The notes under the pieces are model-generated. The model was not told the origin of the DNA. It saw only the letters and a program-made list of their open reading frames with translations, and ran no database searches. This document shows positions 9,070 to 18,710 of a DNA stretch of 64,000 bases, piece by piece. Within the stretch, counting starts at the first letter, position 1, and the number at the start of each line of letters is the position of its first letter. The DNA comes from a virus, in the IMG/VR virus record IMGVR_UViG_3300029787_000001, positions 1 through 64,000 of that record; one strand, written 5' to 3'. The translations under genes and the position numbers were made by a program.

Positions 9070-9756
9070 TTGCGAACAAGAGATTTGGTCAAGTGGCACA
9101 GAGCCGTAAATGAAATCCGCTATAAGCACACCGAATTGGAACTGCTTAAAGAGATGGCAGATGAATATAACCCGATTTTTCATGCCCATGTGAGAGACTA
9201 TTGCGAACAAGTCGGTATAGATCTGGAAGCCTTAAAGAAAAGAGCCGGCTTGTCTGTGGTTAGGGAAAAGAGCGAAGAAGAAGCCGAGAAAGAAGAGGAT
9301 GAAGCAAAACTTTTGCAAGATGGGGAAGCCATCGACGAAGCCTCTGAAGAGCCTGACGGCGAAGAGCAGAAAAAGAAACCGAAAGCCGTGGAGCACGAGA
9401 TGCATGATATCTTCAAGAGGCTTTTCAAAAAACTTGCAGTCCACCTGCACCCAGACAAAGTGATGGGCTTGACAGATCAGGAGAGGCACGATAGATTAGA
9501 GATGTTCAAGGATGCCAAGCAAGCCTTAGATGACGAGCGCTATTTCTTTCTTCTAGATCTTTCAGATCGCTTCAACATCACACTGCCCAACAACTACAAG
9601 CAGCAGACGAGGTGGATGAAATCAAGATCAGTAGAACTTGAGTCTGAAATAAAGTCACAGAAATCAAGCTTTAATTATGCTTATGCTGATTGCGACACAG
9701 ACGAGGCGAGAGAAAAACTTGTGGTAATGTTTTTGAAACAATTTTATGGGCTATAG
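9070..9756 (+). CDS. J-domain-containing protein
   Basis: KRLFKKLAVHLHPDK HPD motif with flanking helices. Confidence 0.7.
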   Translation: MRTRDLVKWHRAVNEIRYKHTELELLKEMADEYNPIFHAHVRDYCEQVGIDLEALKKRAGLSVVREKSEEEAEKEEDEAKLLQDGEAIDEASEEPDGEEQKKKPKAVEHEMHDIFKRLFKKLAVHLHPDKVMGLTDQERHDRLEMFKDAKQALDDERYFFLLDLSDRFNITLPNNYKQQTRWMKSRSVELESEIKSQKSSFNYAYADCDTDEAREKLVVMFLKQFYGL

Positions 9757-9825
9757 ATAAAAAAGAAAAAAGCCATAATCGTTAGAAATTTTTTTGAGCC
9801 AAATTTTCCAGATTTAGGAGGCAAA

Positions 9826-9936
9826 TTGGAACATCTATTTAACTGCCACGGCGAATGGGCAGCATTTTTTACTTGCGTTAGTTCGCTGCCAATGTTAAGG
9901 TATTGGTACAAGTCCAAAAACATGGAGGAAACTTGA
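9826..9936 (+). CDS. Small hypothetical protein (36 aa)
   Basis: AGGAGG RBS, TTG start, TGA overlaps the purA TTG. Confidence 0.5.
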   Translation: MEHLFNCHGEWAAFFTCVSSLPMLRYWYKSKNMEET

Positions 9937-10940
9937 TTACAGACATTGTTATAGGTCTTCAGCACGGAGACGAAGGTAAAGGCAAGGTAACCCACCACCT
10001 TCTTAAGAGTGGCGAATACACACATTGCGTTCGCTTCAATGGTGGCTGCAATGCGGGGCACACGATCTTCCATAATGGAAAAAAGTTTGTTACCCATCAC
10101 ATCCCAGCAGGCGTGTTTTTCGGCGTCAAGTCAGTCATTGGCAATGGTTGTGTGATCGATCCAGTGAAGCTAGAAGAAGAGATAGACTACTTAGAATCCC
10201 ACGGAATCTCTGTGAGGGAAAATCTAAGGATTGCATCAAATGCTCATGTTATCACCCCGTTCCATAAAGCCGAAGACAGCACTGAAGAAAAGATTGGAAC
10301 AACTAGAACCGGTAACGGACCTGCTTACCGTGATAAGTATGGTCGTACTGGCGTTCGCGCCAGTGACATACCTGAATTACAGCATTTTCTGATTGACATT
10401 TACGAAGAGCTTTCAGGCGAGACTACCATCTTAATGGAGGGCGCTCAGGGCTTCTGGTTAGACCCTGACTGGGGTGACTACCCCTATGTCACCTCATCGC
10501 ACACAGGAACGGCAGCCGCCATTCAGAACGGCATTAATCCGCGCTCTATCCGCAATGTGTGGGGTGTCGTCAAGGCTTATGAGACCTACGTGGGCGGTCG
10601 AGAATTCCAACCATCTGATGAAGTTTTTAATCTTATCCAACAGGTCGGACAGGAATTTGGAGCCACTACGGGACGTGTCAGGCAGTGTAACTGGCTAAAC
10701 GTGAGAGAGACCCAGCGCGCCATCGCAATGAATGGGGTCAACCGTCTTATCGTAAACAAGATGGATGTGCTACGCAAACTGGATGCGTGGGGCACCACTG
10801 AAGGTCGCGTTCACGGCGAGCGTCATTTCCGCGACCACCTTACGCAGCAGTTCGGCACCAGCACCGGCATTGATAAGATTTATTTTTCTGACAACCCCCG
10901 CACGATTCACGACGAGAGTGGCTTGACAGTAGCCGCCTGA
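9933..10940 (+). CDS. purA: Adenylosuccinate synthetase, short form
   Basis: GDEGKGK, GG.NAGHT, IGTT..G.GP.Y.DK, EGAQG, YPYVTSS, GATTGR. Confidence 0.95.
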   Translation: MITDIVIGLQHGDEGKGKVTHHLLKSGEYTHCVRFNGGCNAGHTIFHNGKKFVTHHIPAGVFFGVKSVIGNGCVIDPVKLEEEIDYLESHGISVRENLRIASNAHVITPFHKAEDSTEEKIGTTRTGNGPAYRDKYGRTGVRASDIPELQHFLIDIYEELSGETTILMEGAQGFWLDPDWGDYPYVTSSHTGTAAAIQNGINPRSIRNVWGVVKAYETYVGGREFQPSDEVFNLIQQVGQEFGATTGRVRQCNWLNVRETQRAIAMNGVNRLIVNKMDVLRKLDAWGTTEGRVHGERHFRDHLTQQFGTSTGIDKIYFSDNPRTIHDESGLTVAA

Positions 10941-10951
10941 CGGGCTATGTT
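10923..10951 (+). promoter_or_regulatory. sigma70-type promoter for uvsE, inside purA 3' end
   Basis: TTGACA-N17-TATGTT. Confidence 0.75.
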
Positions 10952-10972
10952 ATAGGAGTCGATGGAGGACAC

Positions 10973-11929
10973 ATGCCCAAGAACTATGGCTACGCATGCA
11001 TCAACATGCAGCTTTCTAACCCACAAGACTTCGGTGGTCACAAGAATGATAGAATCACCACTAACCGTTCAATGATCAAGAGAACCTTTCAGCAGAAGGG
11101 CATCGAATACGCTTCATCCCTATCTCTCCTGAATGTCCTAGACCTTCAGAAAATCCTTGAGTGGAATGTCAAGCATGGGGTCAACTTCTTCCGCCTGTCC
11201 TCCAATGTCTTCCCCTGGGCGTCGGAGTACCAGCTTCACGATCTTCCAGATTACGAAGCAATTTGGGAAGCATGCGAAAGTGTCGGCAACTATGTCCGCA
11301 AGCATGGCATTCGCCTCACTTCGCATCCCGGTCCTTTCAACAAGCTGGCGTCGCCCAAAGAGCGCGTGTTTGAGAACACCAAGCGCGACTTGGAAATCCA
11401 CGGTGAGTTCTTCGACATGCTGGGCTTGCCCCGAGATCACTATGCAAAGATCAACATTCACGTTGGTGCAGCTTACGATAACAAGCCCGTCGCACTAGAT
11501 ACATTTGTAAGAAACTTTGAGCGCCTACCAGCCTCAGTAACCTCTAGACTAACGGTGGAAAACGATGATCGCCAAAGCCTATACTCGACTCAAGAGCTTT
11601 ACGACGGGGTGTTTAGTCGCACTGGTATTCCTATTGTTTTTGACTATCATCACCATGTTTTCTGCCAAGGAGACCTTACAGAAAAGCAGGCTCTGGAATT
11701 GGCTATCTCGACTTGGGGCGACATCAAGCCGGTAGTCCATTACTCTGAGTCTCGTGCAGAAGAGAAGAAGGACGCCAAGATCCGCGCTCATGCCCACTCA
11801 GATTACGTCAACGGTCCCGTCGATGACTACGGCTACGACCTCGACGTTATGATTGAGGCGAAGGCTAAGGAGCTTGCCTTGTTCAAGCTCAAGAAAAACG
11901 ACGCTGAGCGCTTGACAGCAGCAGCATAA
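10973..11929 (+). CDS. uvsE: UV damage endonuclease
   Basis: GYACIN, FFRLSS, HPGPF, LTVENDD, FDYHHH, HYSES, IEAKAKE. Confidence 0.95.
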   Translation: MPKNYGYACINMQLSNPQDFGGHKNDRITTNRSMIKRTFQQKGIEYASSLSLLNVLDLQKILEWNVKHGVNFFRLSSNVFPWASEYQLHDLPDYEAIWEACESVGNYVRKHGIRLTSHPGPFNKLASPKERVFENTKRDLEIHGEFFDMLGLPRDHYAKINIHVGAAYDNKPVALDTFVRNFERLPASVTSRLTVENDDRQSLYSTQELYDGVFSRTGIPIVFDYHHHVFCQGDLTEKQALELAISTWGDIKPVVHYSESRAEEKKDAKIRAHAHSDYVNGPVDDYGYDLDVMIEAKAKELALFKLKKNDAERLTAAA

Positions 11930-11940
11930 CCCGTTACACT
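11912..11940 (+). promoter_or_regulatory. sigma70-type promoter for nuclease-MTase pair
   Basis: TTGACA-N17-TACACT. Confidence 0.8.
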
Positions 11941-11964
11941 ACAATACATAACAAGGAGGACACT

Positions 11965-12453
11965 ATGTCCATGACTGCGAAAAACCTTTCGGAACGTGAT
12001 AACTGGCAAAAATATGCTAGAATTATTGGAGATGCAGGAGAAGACAATTTTGTTTCTTTTGTTGCCAAATATTTGCCTGGGCACTACAATATTGTCTATA
12101 AGCCACCAAAGCTCGCAATCTATAGTGATGGTCGTGGAATCAAGCTAGATTCTATGATTGTTAACACAAAGACCGGAAAACGACTTTATGTTGAGAACAA
12201 GACAGGCAACAATGGTGGCAATGCACATGAGCGAGCCTATAAGTTCATCTCTGAGCCACTAAAGGATAGAGTGAGGGAGAACCACCACGGCGCCGATGAG
12301 CCATTTTTTCTGATTTTTTCGGGAGAAACTTTTCAAGGTCAGAAATATCAAGATGAGCTTAATCTGTTGCTCGAAGGAAACAACTATGCCATAATAGAGC
12401 CACACTATGCAAATATTGAACAAGTGGCAAAGCAAATCGTGGAGATCGTATGA
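11965..12453 (+). CDS. Putative type II restriction endonuclease, MunI/EcoRI-like
   Basis: LDSMIVN..TGK.LYVENK catalytic-type motif plus GNAHER recognition-type motif. Confidence 0.65.
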   Translation: MSMTAKNLSERDNWQKYARIIGDAGEDNFVSFVAKYLPGHYNIVYKPPKLAIYSDGRGIKLDSMIVNTKTGKRLYVENKTGNNGGNAHERAYKFISEPLKDRVRENHHGADEPFFLIFSGETFQGQKYQDELNLLLEGNNYAIIEPHYANIEQVAKQIVEIV

Positions 12454-13376
12454 AACCCTTGTTTATGTGGGCTGGCGGGAAAAGCAAGATGATCCCCAAA
12501 TACACAGCCGCAGGCGTTCTTCCATCCACGTTTGATAAATACATTGAGCCCTTTATGGGCGGTGGGGCAATGTTTATTTGGGCTTATAGTAAAAACCCAA
12601 ATGCTGAGTTTGTCATCAATGACTTGAACGCCGGAATCATGTCGATTTACACAGCAATCAAGAATGATGTTCAAACATTTATTAAGCATATGGACGAGAT
12701 GTCTGCCGAATATATGCCTTTAGAGAAGGGAGAGACAAACAAAGCATTAGAGAAAAAACTAGAAAAAGATTGGAAACACTTATATAATTTAAGTCCCTGT
12801 AGGAGGTACTATTATTATCGACTGAGAGACCTCCATGCTTTTGAATATCAAAACTGGGATGCCACGAAAGAAGCGGCAGTGCTATACTTTCTCATGAAGA
12901 CGGGCTTCAACGGCATTTGGCAAGAAAACAAAAACACAAATGGAAGATTTGGCACCCCCGCAGGACTCTTAAATCAAAAACACAAGGTGTTTGATAAGGA
13001 AAATATACTTGAATGGCACACCGCACTTCAGGTTACCGAACTTCTGGCTGGTGATTTTAAGGATACACTATCTCACGCCAGCAAGAGTTCATATGTTTTC
13101 TTAGATCCGCCTTATCGTGGTTCATTTACACAATATGGTGTTGATTTTGATGACCAGATTCAAGAATCTGTTATTGAGTTTCTCAACGATTGTGCCGCCA
13201 AAGGAGCCCATGCAATGATGTCGAACAGAGATGTGGGAGATAGCTTTTTTGAGAAAAGGAAAGGCAATAACAAGATTATCCGGTTTGAAGTAACCTACAC
13301 CGCAGGACGTAGGAAGAAGACAGAAGATGGCTTTGAAGCGAAAAAGGCAGTAGAAATTCTAATGCTTCCTGCTTGA
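12450..13376 (+). CDS. N6-adenine DNA methyltransferase, Dam/D12 class
   Basis: WAGGKS, EPFMGGG, DLN, FLDPPY. Confidence 0.93.
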   Translation: MKPLFMWAGGKSKMIPKYTAAGVLPSTFDKYIEPFMGGGAMFIWAYSKNPNAEFVINDLNAGIMSIYTAIKNDVQTFIKHMDEMSAEYMPLEKGETNKALEKKLEKDWKHLYNLSPCRRYYYYRLRDLHAFEYQNWDATKEAAVLYFLMKTGFNGIWQENKNTNGRFGTPAGLLNQKHKVFDKENILEWHTALQVTELLAGDFKDTLSHASKSSYVFLDPPYRGSFTQYGVDFDDQIQESVIEFLNDCAAKGAHAMMSNRDVGDSFFEKRKGNNKIIRFEVTYTAGRRKKTEDGFEAKKAVEILMLPA

Positions 13377-13401
13377 CAGCAGGAGCGTAACCCGTTACAT
13401 T
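13373..13401 (+). promoter_or_regulatory. sigma70-type promoter
   Basis: TTGACA-N17-TACATT; the upstream stop TGA lies in the -35. Confidence 0.8.
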
Positions 13402-13424
13402 ACAAACATAACAAGGAGGACTAA

Positions 13425-13682
13425 ATGTCTACATCAACCGAAGAGAAGAAGCGCTACGTTCTGGAGTACATCCGGTCACTCGTGGCAATCGAAGAGGCTA
13501 TCGAGCCTTACAAGGAGCAGAAGCGAGAGCTACGCACCGAGTACCGAGAGCAGGGCTGGCTTAACACCGACGAGATCCGTGCGGCTGTGAAGGCTTACCG
13601 TCTGTTCAAGGGCAAGGTAGACATCGAGGATGTTTACGACAACTACAAGATGCTCTCCGGCGGCGACGAGGAGGAAGCGTGA
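13425..13682 (+). CDS. Helical DNA-binding-like protein (DUF2312/GapR- or DsbA-like)
   Basis: IRSLVAIEE.IE.YKEQKREL...G helical pattern; weak call. Confidence 0.45.
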   Translation: MSTSTEEKKRYVLEYIRSLVAIEEAIEPYKEQKRELRTEYREQGWLNTDEIRAAVKAYRLFKGKVDIEDVYDNYKMLSGGDEEEA

Positions 13683-14134
13683 TTATAGAGTATCATCGTC
13701 TTAGCGAGCTTGTAGAGCACCCGATCCGCTCTAACTCTTCTGATGCTGGATTAGATGTGTTTGCTCATCTTGAGGAAACAACGATCATCCCGCCAGGAGG
13801 GAGTGCAATTATTCCAACTGGACTTCGATTTGGGGTTCCACATGGCTACATGCTACAAGTCATGAACCGCTCTAGTGTGGCTGCTAAGCGTAGTCTCGTT
13901 GTGGGAGCACATGTGGTTGATTCTGGCTACGATGGAGAAGTGTTTATTAATCTCCACAACATTGGAACTAAGTCACAGCAGATTAAGACCGGACAGAAGA
14001 TTGCACAACTAGTTATGATCCCAGTTGTTCATTTCCGGGCACTTGAAAGGGTCGATGGGCTAATCTATGATGAGTGTTTCCCCATTACAATTTCAGACCG
14101 TGGACAGGGAGCACTAGGCAGCACAGGAGCATAA
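13679..14134 (+). CDS. dut: Trimeric dUTPase
   Basis: AGLDV, RSS, VVDSGYDGE, IAQLV, RGQGALGSTG. Confidence 0.95.
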   Translation: MIIEYHRLSELVEHPIRSNSSDAGLDVFAHLEETTIIPPGGSAIIPTGLRFGVPHGYMLQVMNRSSVAAKRSLVVGAHVVDSGYDGEVFINLHNIGTKSQQIKTGQKIAQLVMIPVVHFRALERVDGLIYDECFPITISDRGQGALGSTGA

Positions 14135-14135
14135 A

Positions 14136-15656
14136 ATGGCACAGACAATCTTGACAGAAGCAGCGCCTCCCGAGAAAGAGGCATTATATGGAGCTTTGGG
14201 TGTTTATCCAGACAAAAACACTGCAATTGCAGAGTTGATTGATAATTCTGGAGAATATGGCAACACTACTACTATCAAGATTGTCTGCAAGCCAGACCGA
14301 ATTGTCATCAGTGACGATGGCGCTGGCTTGAATCCAGAAACCATGGTGTCTATGTTTCGCATCAAGAGAAACGAACACTCCAAAGGCGAGACAGGCAAGT
14401 TCGGCTATGGGTTCAAGTCAGCCACCAGCTTTCTTGGAGAAGGAACGACTGTTCTTTCTTTGCAAAAAGGGACGTTCACTTGGGGCAAGGCTGAGCCAAA
14501 CAACAACTGGCAATACGAAATAAAGTCAATCCCTCCCGACGACTCAGAGTTTGAGAGCTATAAAGAAGATTGGAATAAAGATAAAGCAGTTGATTCCACG
14601 AGCGGGACCGTAATCATCATTCCAAAACTGAAGGAACAGTTTAGTGATGCAGAGGCAGCCCACCTACAGATGTTCATTTCAACAACCTACGCCCTCAACT
14701 TCAAGCAGAAGAACATAAGAGTAAGTTTGAATGGTGCGGACATCAAGTTCTCAAAGCTATTCGGCAAGCCCGCAATTCAAGAGTTTGACAAAAAGATTGT
14801 AAAGTTCAACGACATTGAATTTGCAGTTTCGATCCTGCTTCGTGATAACGAAGACATGCGATCTGGCTTGACCATTGTGAGAAACGATAGGATTATTGCC
14901 AGCGGTTACACGCTAGGTCTCCCAGGCATTTCGGATCCAGCCATGGCTGAATATCAAGTCGTCTTATGGGGCTCAGACCAGCTTGACGATTCTTTAAAGA
15001 TGACACCGATGAAAACAATCAGCCCCAATCAGGCTATCGATAGAGCCTTCCGCCGCTCTTTCTTTTTCCATTCCGGTCTTGTTGCCGAAATAAAAAAGAT
15101 TATTGAACAAGCCCCGCAGGCAGGCGAAGTGTTTGTCCCACTCTCACAGCACACGCGACTGCTTACCGGATTAGAAGGATTACGCGAGAAACTGCCGCAA
15201 AAATTTTCCTCCTACGTCGCGACAAGGGAGACGGATTTGGCTCAAAAGCCACTCCCGCCAGCAGTCCACAAGGAAAGGGACAAAGTTATCAGCATTGTTT
15301 CCGCGCCAAAATTTCCACCCTCACCACAAACGAAGGTTACAACGACATCGGTAACCTTCACGCAAGGTCTCTTCAACATCGACCTAAAGCCGTTGGGGGC
15401 AAACAACTTCATGTGGGACGTAGAAGAGAGAGTCATCAACAACAAACTACAAATCGTCGCAGTGTTCAACTACGATATCCCGTTTGTTCGTGGCATCATC
15501 TCAGGTCCCCGCAACGAAGTAGCAAAAGACTTCATCAATGACGCCATCGCACAGATAATCTATTCCAAGATTCATGTTGACAGTTCAATCCACAATGGTT
15601 ATAAGAATACATATCGCAACATCTCGCGAATCAAAACACAAATTTTTGGAGAATAA
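14136..15656 (+). CDS. GHKL (MORC/HATPase_c_3-like) ATPase
   Basis: AIAELIDNS, ISDDGAG, TGKFGYGFKSAT. Confidence 0.85.
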   Translation: MAQTILTEAAPPEKEALYGALGVYPDKNTAIAELIDNSGEYGNTTTIKIVCKPDRIVISDDGAGLNPETMVSMFRIKRNEHSKGETGKFGYGFKSATSFLGEGTTVLSLQKGTFTWGKAEPNNNWQYEIKSIPPDDSEFESYKEDWNKDKAVDSTSGTVIIIPKLKEQFSDAEAAHLQMFISTTYALNFKQKNIRVSLNGADIKFSKLFGKPAIQEFDKKIVKFNDIEFAVSILLRDNEDMRSGLTIVRNDRIIASGYTLGLPGISDPAMAEYQVVLWGSDQLDDSLKMTPMKTISPNQAIDRAFRRSFFFHSGLVAEIKKIIEQAPQAGEVFVPLSQHTRLLTGLEGLREKLPQKFSSYVATRETDLAQKPLPPAVHKERDKVISIVSAPKFPPSPQTKVTTTSVTFTQGLFNIDLKPLGANNFMWDVEERVINNKLQIVAVFNYDIPFVRGIISGPRNEVAKDFINDAIAQIIYSKIHVDSSIHNGYKNTYRNISRIKTQIFGE

Positions 15657-16136
15657 ATGGACAAGAACACAAAGCAGGTAATGTTTAGCTCAAAGTCAAA
15701 CGAGTGGGCAACACCCCAATCATTCTTTGACAAGCTTGACCGCATCTATGGACCATTCACGCTTGATGCTGCCGCATCGGCTGATAACTACAAGGTTGCC
15801 AACCATTACACCGAAGCAGACGACTCGCTTTCGCAAAATTGGGGAAGCAACACCGTGTTTCTCAACCCGCCCTACGGTCGCAACCTGAAGGATTGGGTAA
15901 AGAAGTCCTACGAAGAAGGACAAAAGGATGGCACGACCGTTGTCATGCTAATTCCCGCGCGAACCGACACAAAATATTGGCATGACTACGTCATGAAAGC
16001 AGATGAAATCCTCTTCGTTCGAGGACGCATCAAGTTTGGTGACGAGACAAACTCCGCACCATTCCCGTCTGCCGTCGTGGTGTTCCGCAAGACTTCATTC
16101 AACGGACCCCGCATCACCGGAATGGAAAGACCGTGA
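15657..16136 (+). CDS. Phage-type N6-adenine DNA methyltransferase
   Basis: EWATPQ, FTLDAAA, VFLNPPY, LIPARTDTKYW. Confidence 0.9.
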   Translation: MDKNTKQVMFSSKSNEWATPQSFFDKLDRIYGPFTLDAAASADNYKVANHYTEADDSLSQNWGSNTVFLNPPYGRNLKDWVKKSYEEGQKDGTTVVMLIPARTDTKYWHDYVMKADEILFVRGRIKFGDETNSAPFPSAVVVFRKTSFNGPRITGMERP

Positions 16137-16384
16137 ATCGTGCGCAGCGCCGTCTTCTAAAGAAGAAGAACAAAGGCAACGAAAAATTAGTGAAAAAAAT
16201 GGAAACTTTCGGGCATAGACCCGATAAGTGCTCCGCATGCGATGAACCATTTGATAAAAAATCAAAAGAACACGCACAAACTTGGCAGGTAGTCGTAAGA
16301 GAGGACCCAATGCGCGTTTCGCTATTCTGCCCGCAATGCATCAAGAAAACACAGGAGGTGATAGATGCCCACACAGACACCTGA
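16133..16384 (+). CDS. Hypothetical Cys-containing protein
   Basis: MNRAQRR start, CSAC and CPQC. Confidence 0.7.
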   Translation: MNRAQRRLLKKKNKGNEKLVKKMETFGHRPDKCSACDEPFDKKSKEHAQTWQVVVREDPMRVSLFCPQCIKKTQEVIDAHTDT

Positions 16385-16670
16385 TGAGAACCCACACACT
16401 GAAGAGGTTGCTCTCGATTATCTAAACAAAGTAAAGCAAGGACTTGAGGACATCGCTCGTCGCGAAGCTGTCAACCACCCCACGCACTACAACCAAGGTC
16501 ACATCGAAGTAATTGATGCTATCGAAGACTGGGGACTTGACTTTAACTCCGGCAATGTAGTAAAATATGTAGCGAGGCACCAACACAAGGCAGAAGCTCT
16601 TGAGGACCTAAAGAAGGCACGTTGGTATCTTGACCGCATCATAGAGGGGTACGAAAATGACGGTAGCTAG
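16365..16670 (+). CDS. DUF3310 (T7 gp1.7-like) protein
   Basis: VNHPTHY..G.IEVIDAI...GNVVKYV.R...EDLKKARWYL. Confidence 0.9.
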   Translation: MPTQTPDENPHTEEVALDYLNKVKQGLEDIARREAVNHPTHYNQGHIEVIDAIEDWGLDFNSGNVVKYVARHQHKAEALEDLKKARWYLDRIIEGYENDGS

Positions 16671-17019
16671 AATAAATAGAAAAAACCTAGACCAAATTCT
16701 AGGCGGAAAAGTTGACGGCGAACATGAAGTGGTAATCAAGCTCTATGGCTCCAACTGCCACCTATGTCATGCACTAAAGCCACGCTTTGTGGACATCTCC
16801 GATGAATACGACGGCATCCATTTCTATGCTTTCAACATGGAAGATGGCAACGGGCTTGAGAAAAAATATGGCTTTGAAGGTGTCCCTTCAATCTGTTATG
16901 TAAACACTGGTGGAGTTAGACCAAAGGTTCGCTTCATGGATGACCCAAAAAAGCCGCATAAGGAAACTTGGTTTGATCCCACCGGCATTAGAATCTTTAT
17001 TGATAAGAACAGGAACTAA
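16657..17019 (+). CDS. Thioredoxin-like protein
   Basis: CHLC...LKP..., GVPS cis-Pro motif. Confidence 0.8.
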   Translation: MTVARINRKNLDQILGGKVDGEHEVVIKLYGSNCHLCHALKPRFVDISDEYDGIHFYAFNMEDGNGLEKKYGFEGVPSICYVNTGGVRPKVRFMDDPKKPHKETWFDPTGIRIFIDKNRN

Positions 17020-17020
17020 C

Positions 17021-18058
17021 ATGCAAGAGGCTTTGACATATGATGACATTCTCCTCCTTCCACAGTATTCCGATATCCGCAGTCGATCTGAAGTGGATAT
17101 CTCAACTGATTTGGGGAAAGGACTAGAAATAGAACTGCCGATTCTTTCATCTCCGATGGACACGATTACTGGACTCCACATGGCTTCCAGCATCTCCCAT
17201 CAGGGTGCAGGCGCAATTATTCATCGATACAACACGTTCCAAGAACAAGCCGCCATAATTGGCAAGGCTGTTTCTATTGCCGAGCAACACGACAAGCCTC
17301 ATAACATTGGCTTTGCTGTTGGTCTGGGTTCTGATGCTCTTGACAGGGTCCATGCTTGTCTGGATGCGGGTGCAACGTTCGTTTGTGTCGATGTCGCTCA
17401 CGGGCATCATGTTATGATGAAAGAAGGTCTCCAGAACCTAAGAGCTATTTTTGGTGAAAAGCTTCACATTATGGCAGGCAATGTTGCAACCCTTCAGGCA
17501 ATCAACGATCTTGCAGATTGGGGAGCAGATTCTGTTCGTTGCAACATTGGTGGTGGCTCGATTTGCTCTACCCGTGTACAAACAGGACACGGACACCCAG
17601 GGCTTCAAACTATCATTGATTGCGCTAAGACCGACCGTGATGTAACAATCATTGCAGACGGTGGCATACGCAACTCTGGTGACATTGTGAAAGCCCTCGC
17701 GGCAGGAGCCGACGCAGTTATGTTAGGCTCTTTACTTGCTGGAACACGAGAGTCGCCCGGAGAAGTCTTTGTAGACGCCAAGGGCAGCAAGTATAAAACT
17801 TATCGAGGAATGGCGTCGAAAGAAGCCCAGATAAACTGGCGTGGTAAGTATTCTTCTTTTGAAGGAGTCTCCAGCACTGTTCCCTATCGGGGCAAAGTCC
17901 GCAACGTGCTTGTAGATCTTGAGAAGGGCATTCGTTCTGGGCTATCTTATTCTGGCGCTCGTTCAATTGAAGCGCTTCAGAATAACGCCAAGTTTGTTCG
18001 TCAGACCTCCGCAGGTCTGGGTGAGAGCAGGACGCACATTACAAGTCGGAAGTGGTAA
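17021..18058 (+). CDS. guaB: IMP dehydrogenase / GMP reductase family, no CBS domains
   Basis: [48 protein letters not shown]. Confidence 0.9.
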   Translation: MQEALTYDDILLLPQYSDIRSRSEVDISTDLGKGLEIELPILSSPMDTITGLHMASSISHQGAGAIIHRYNTFQEQAAIIGKAVSIAEQHDKPHNIGFAVGLGSDALDRVHACLDAGATFVCVDVAHGHHVMMKEGLQNLRAIFGEKLHIMAGNVATLQAINDLADWGADSVRCNIGGGSICSTRVQTGHGHPGLQTIIDCAKTDRDVTIIADGGIRNSGDIVKALAAGADAVMLGSLLAGTRESPGEVFVDAKGSKYKTYRGMASKEAQINWRGKYSSFEGVSSTVPYRGKVRNVLVDLEKGIRSGLSYSGARSIEALQNNAKFVRQTSAGLGESRTHITSRKW

Positions 18059-18399
18059 TGCCAGACGGTCCAAATTATGGCGAAGATGTAAAGTCTATCC
18101 GCTTTTGGGTTTATGACGATGACCACGCACGACTCTTGATAAGACTAAGACACAGCAACCTTGCAGCATCACAATTCTTTCGTGCTGTTATCGACGGGGT
18201 TCTTCAGGAAGATCCAAACATCATCTCTTTTCTGGATGATTACGCGATTGAACACAAGAAGCTTTCTATGAATAGATTTAAAAAGTCCCTGAAGTTAAGA
18301 AAGAGAGGAAAAGAAGTCCTAGAAGATTATGGGCTACTTGACGATTCAGAAAAACAAAAGCTATTTGATTTAATAGCAGAGGAGTTTCCAGACCTATGA
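18058..18399 (+). CDS. Hypothetical protein (possible ribbon-helix-helix)
   Basis: Short beta then helix-helix pattern; coupled. Confidence 0.6.
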   Translation: MPDGPNYGEDVKSIRFWVYDDDHARLLIRLRHSNLAASQFFRAVIDGVLQEDPNIISFLDDYAIEHKKLSMNRFKKSLKLRKRGKEVLEDYGLLDDSEKQKLFDLIAEEFPDL

Positions 18400-18686
18400 A
18401 TAAAAAAGACCTAATGGTGTGCGCGCAGCAATGCTTAAAAGACAAAGAGTGCTGTGACGCCAAGAAGTGTAGATTTCACATAGACTATGAAGACGAGTTC
18501 AATTGTTCTATGATTTCGATTTATGAGAATGGAACATTGTCTTTGCGGGAAATCGCAAAGCGCGAGGGACTGTCTTTTGCTCGTATAAAACAAATTCAAG
18601 ACAAAGCACTAATTAAGTTAAAGAAAAGATTACCAGACGGCTCAGAATTATTGGCAAGTTCGAGTAAGTCAGACTATTTATTTTGA
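18396..18686 (+). CDS. Cys-rich protein with sigma70 region-4-like HTH
   Basis: LSLREIAKREGLSFARIKQIQDKALIKLK. Confidence 0.75.
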   Translation: MNKKDLMVCAQQCLKDKECCDAKKCRFHIDYEDEFNCSMISIYENGTLSLREIAKREGLSFARIKQIQDKALIKLKKRLPDGSELLASSSKSDYLF

Positions 18687-18710
18687 GTTTTATAAAGGAG
18701 ATTTAAAACT

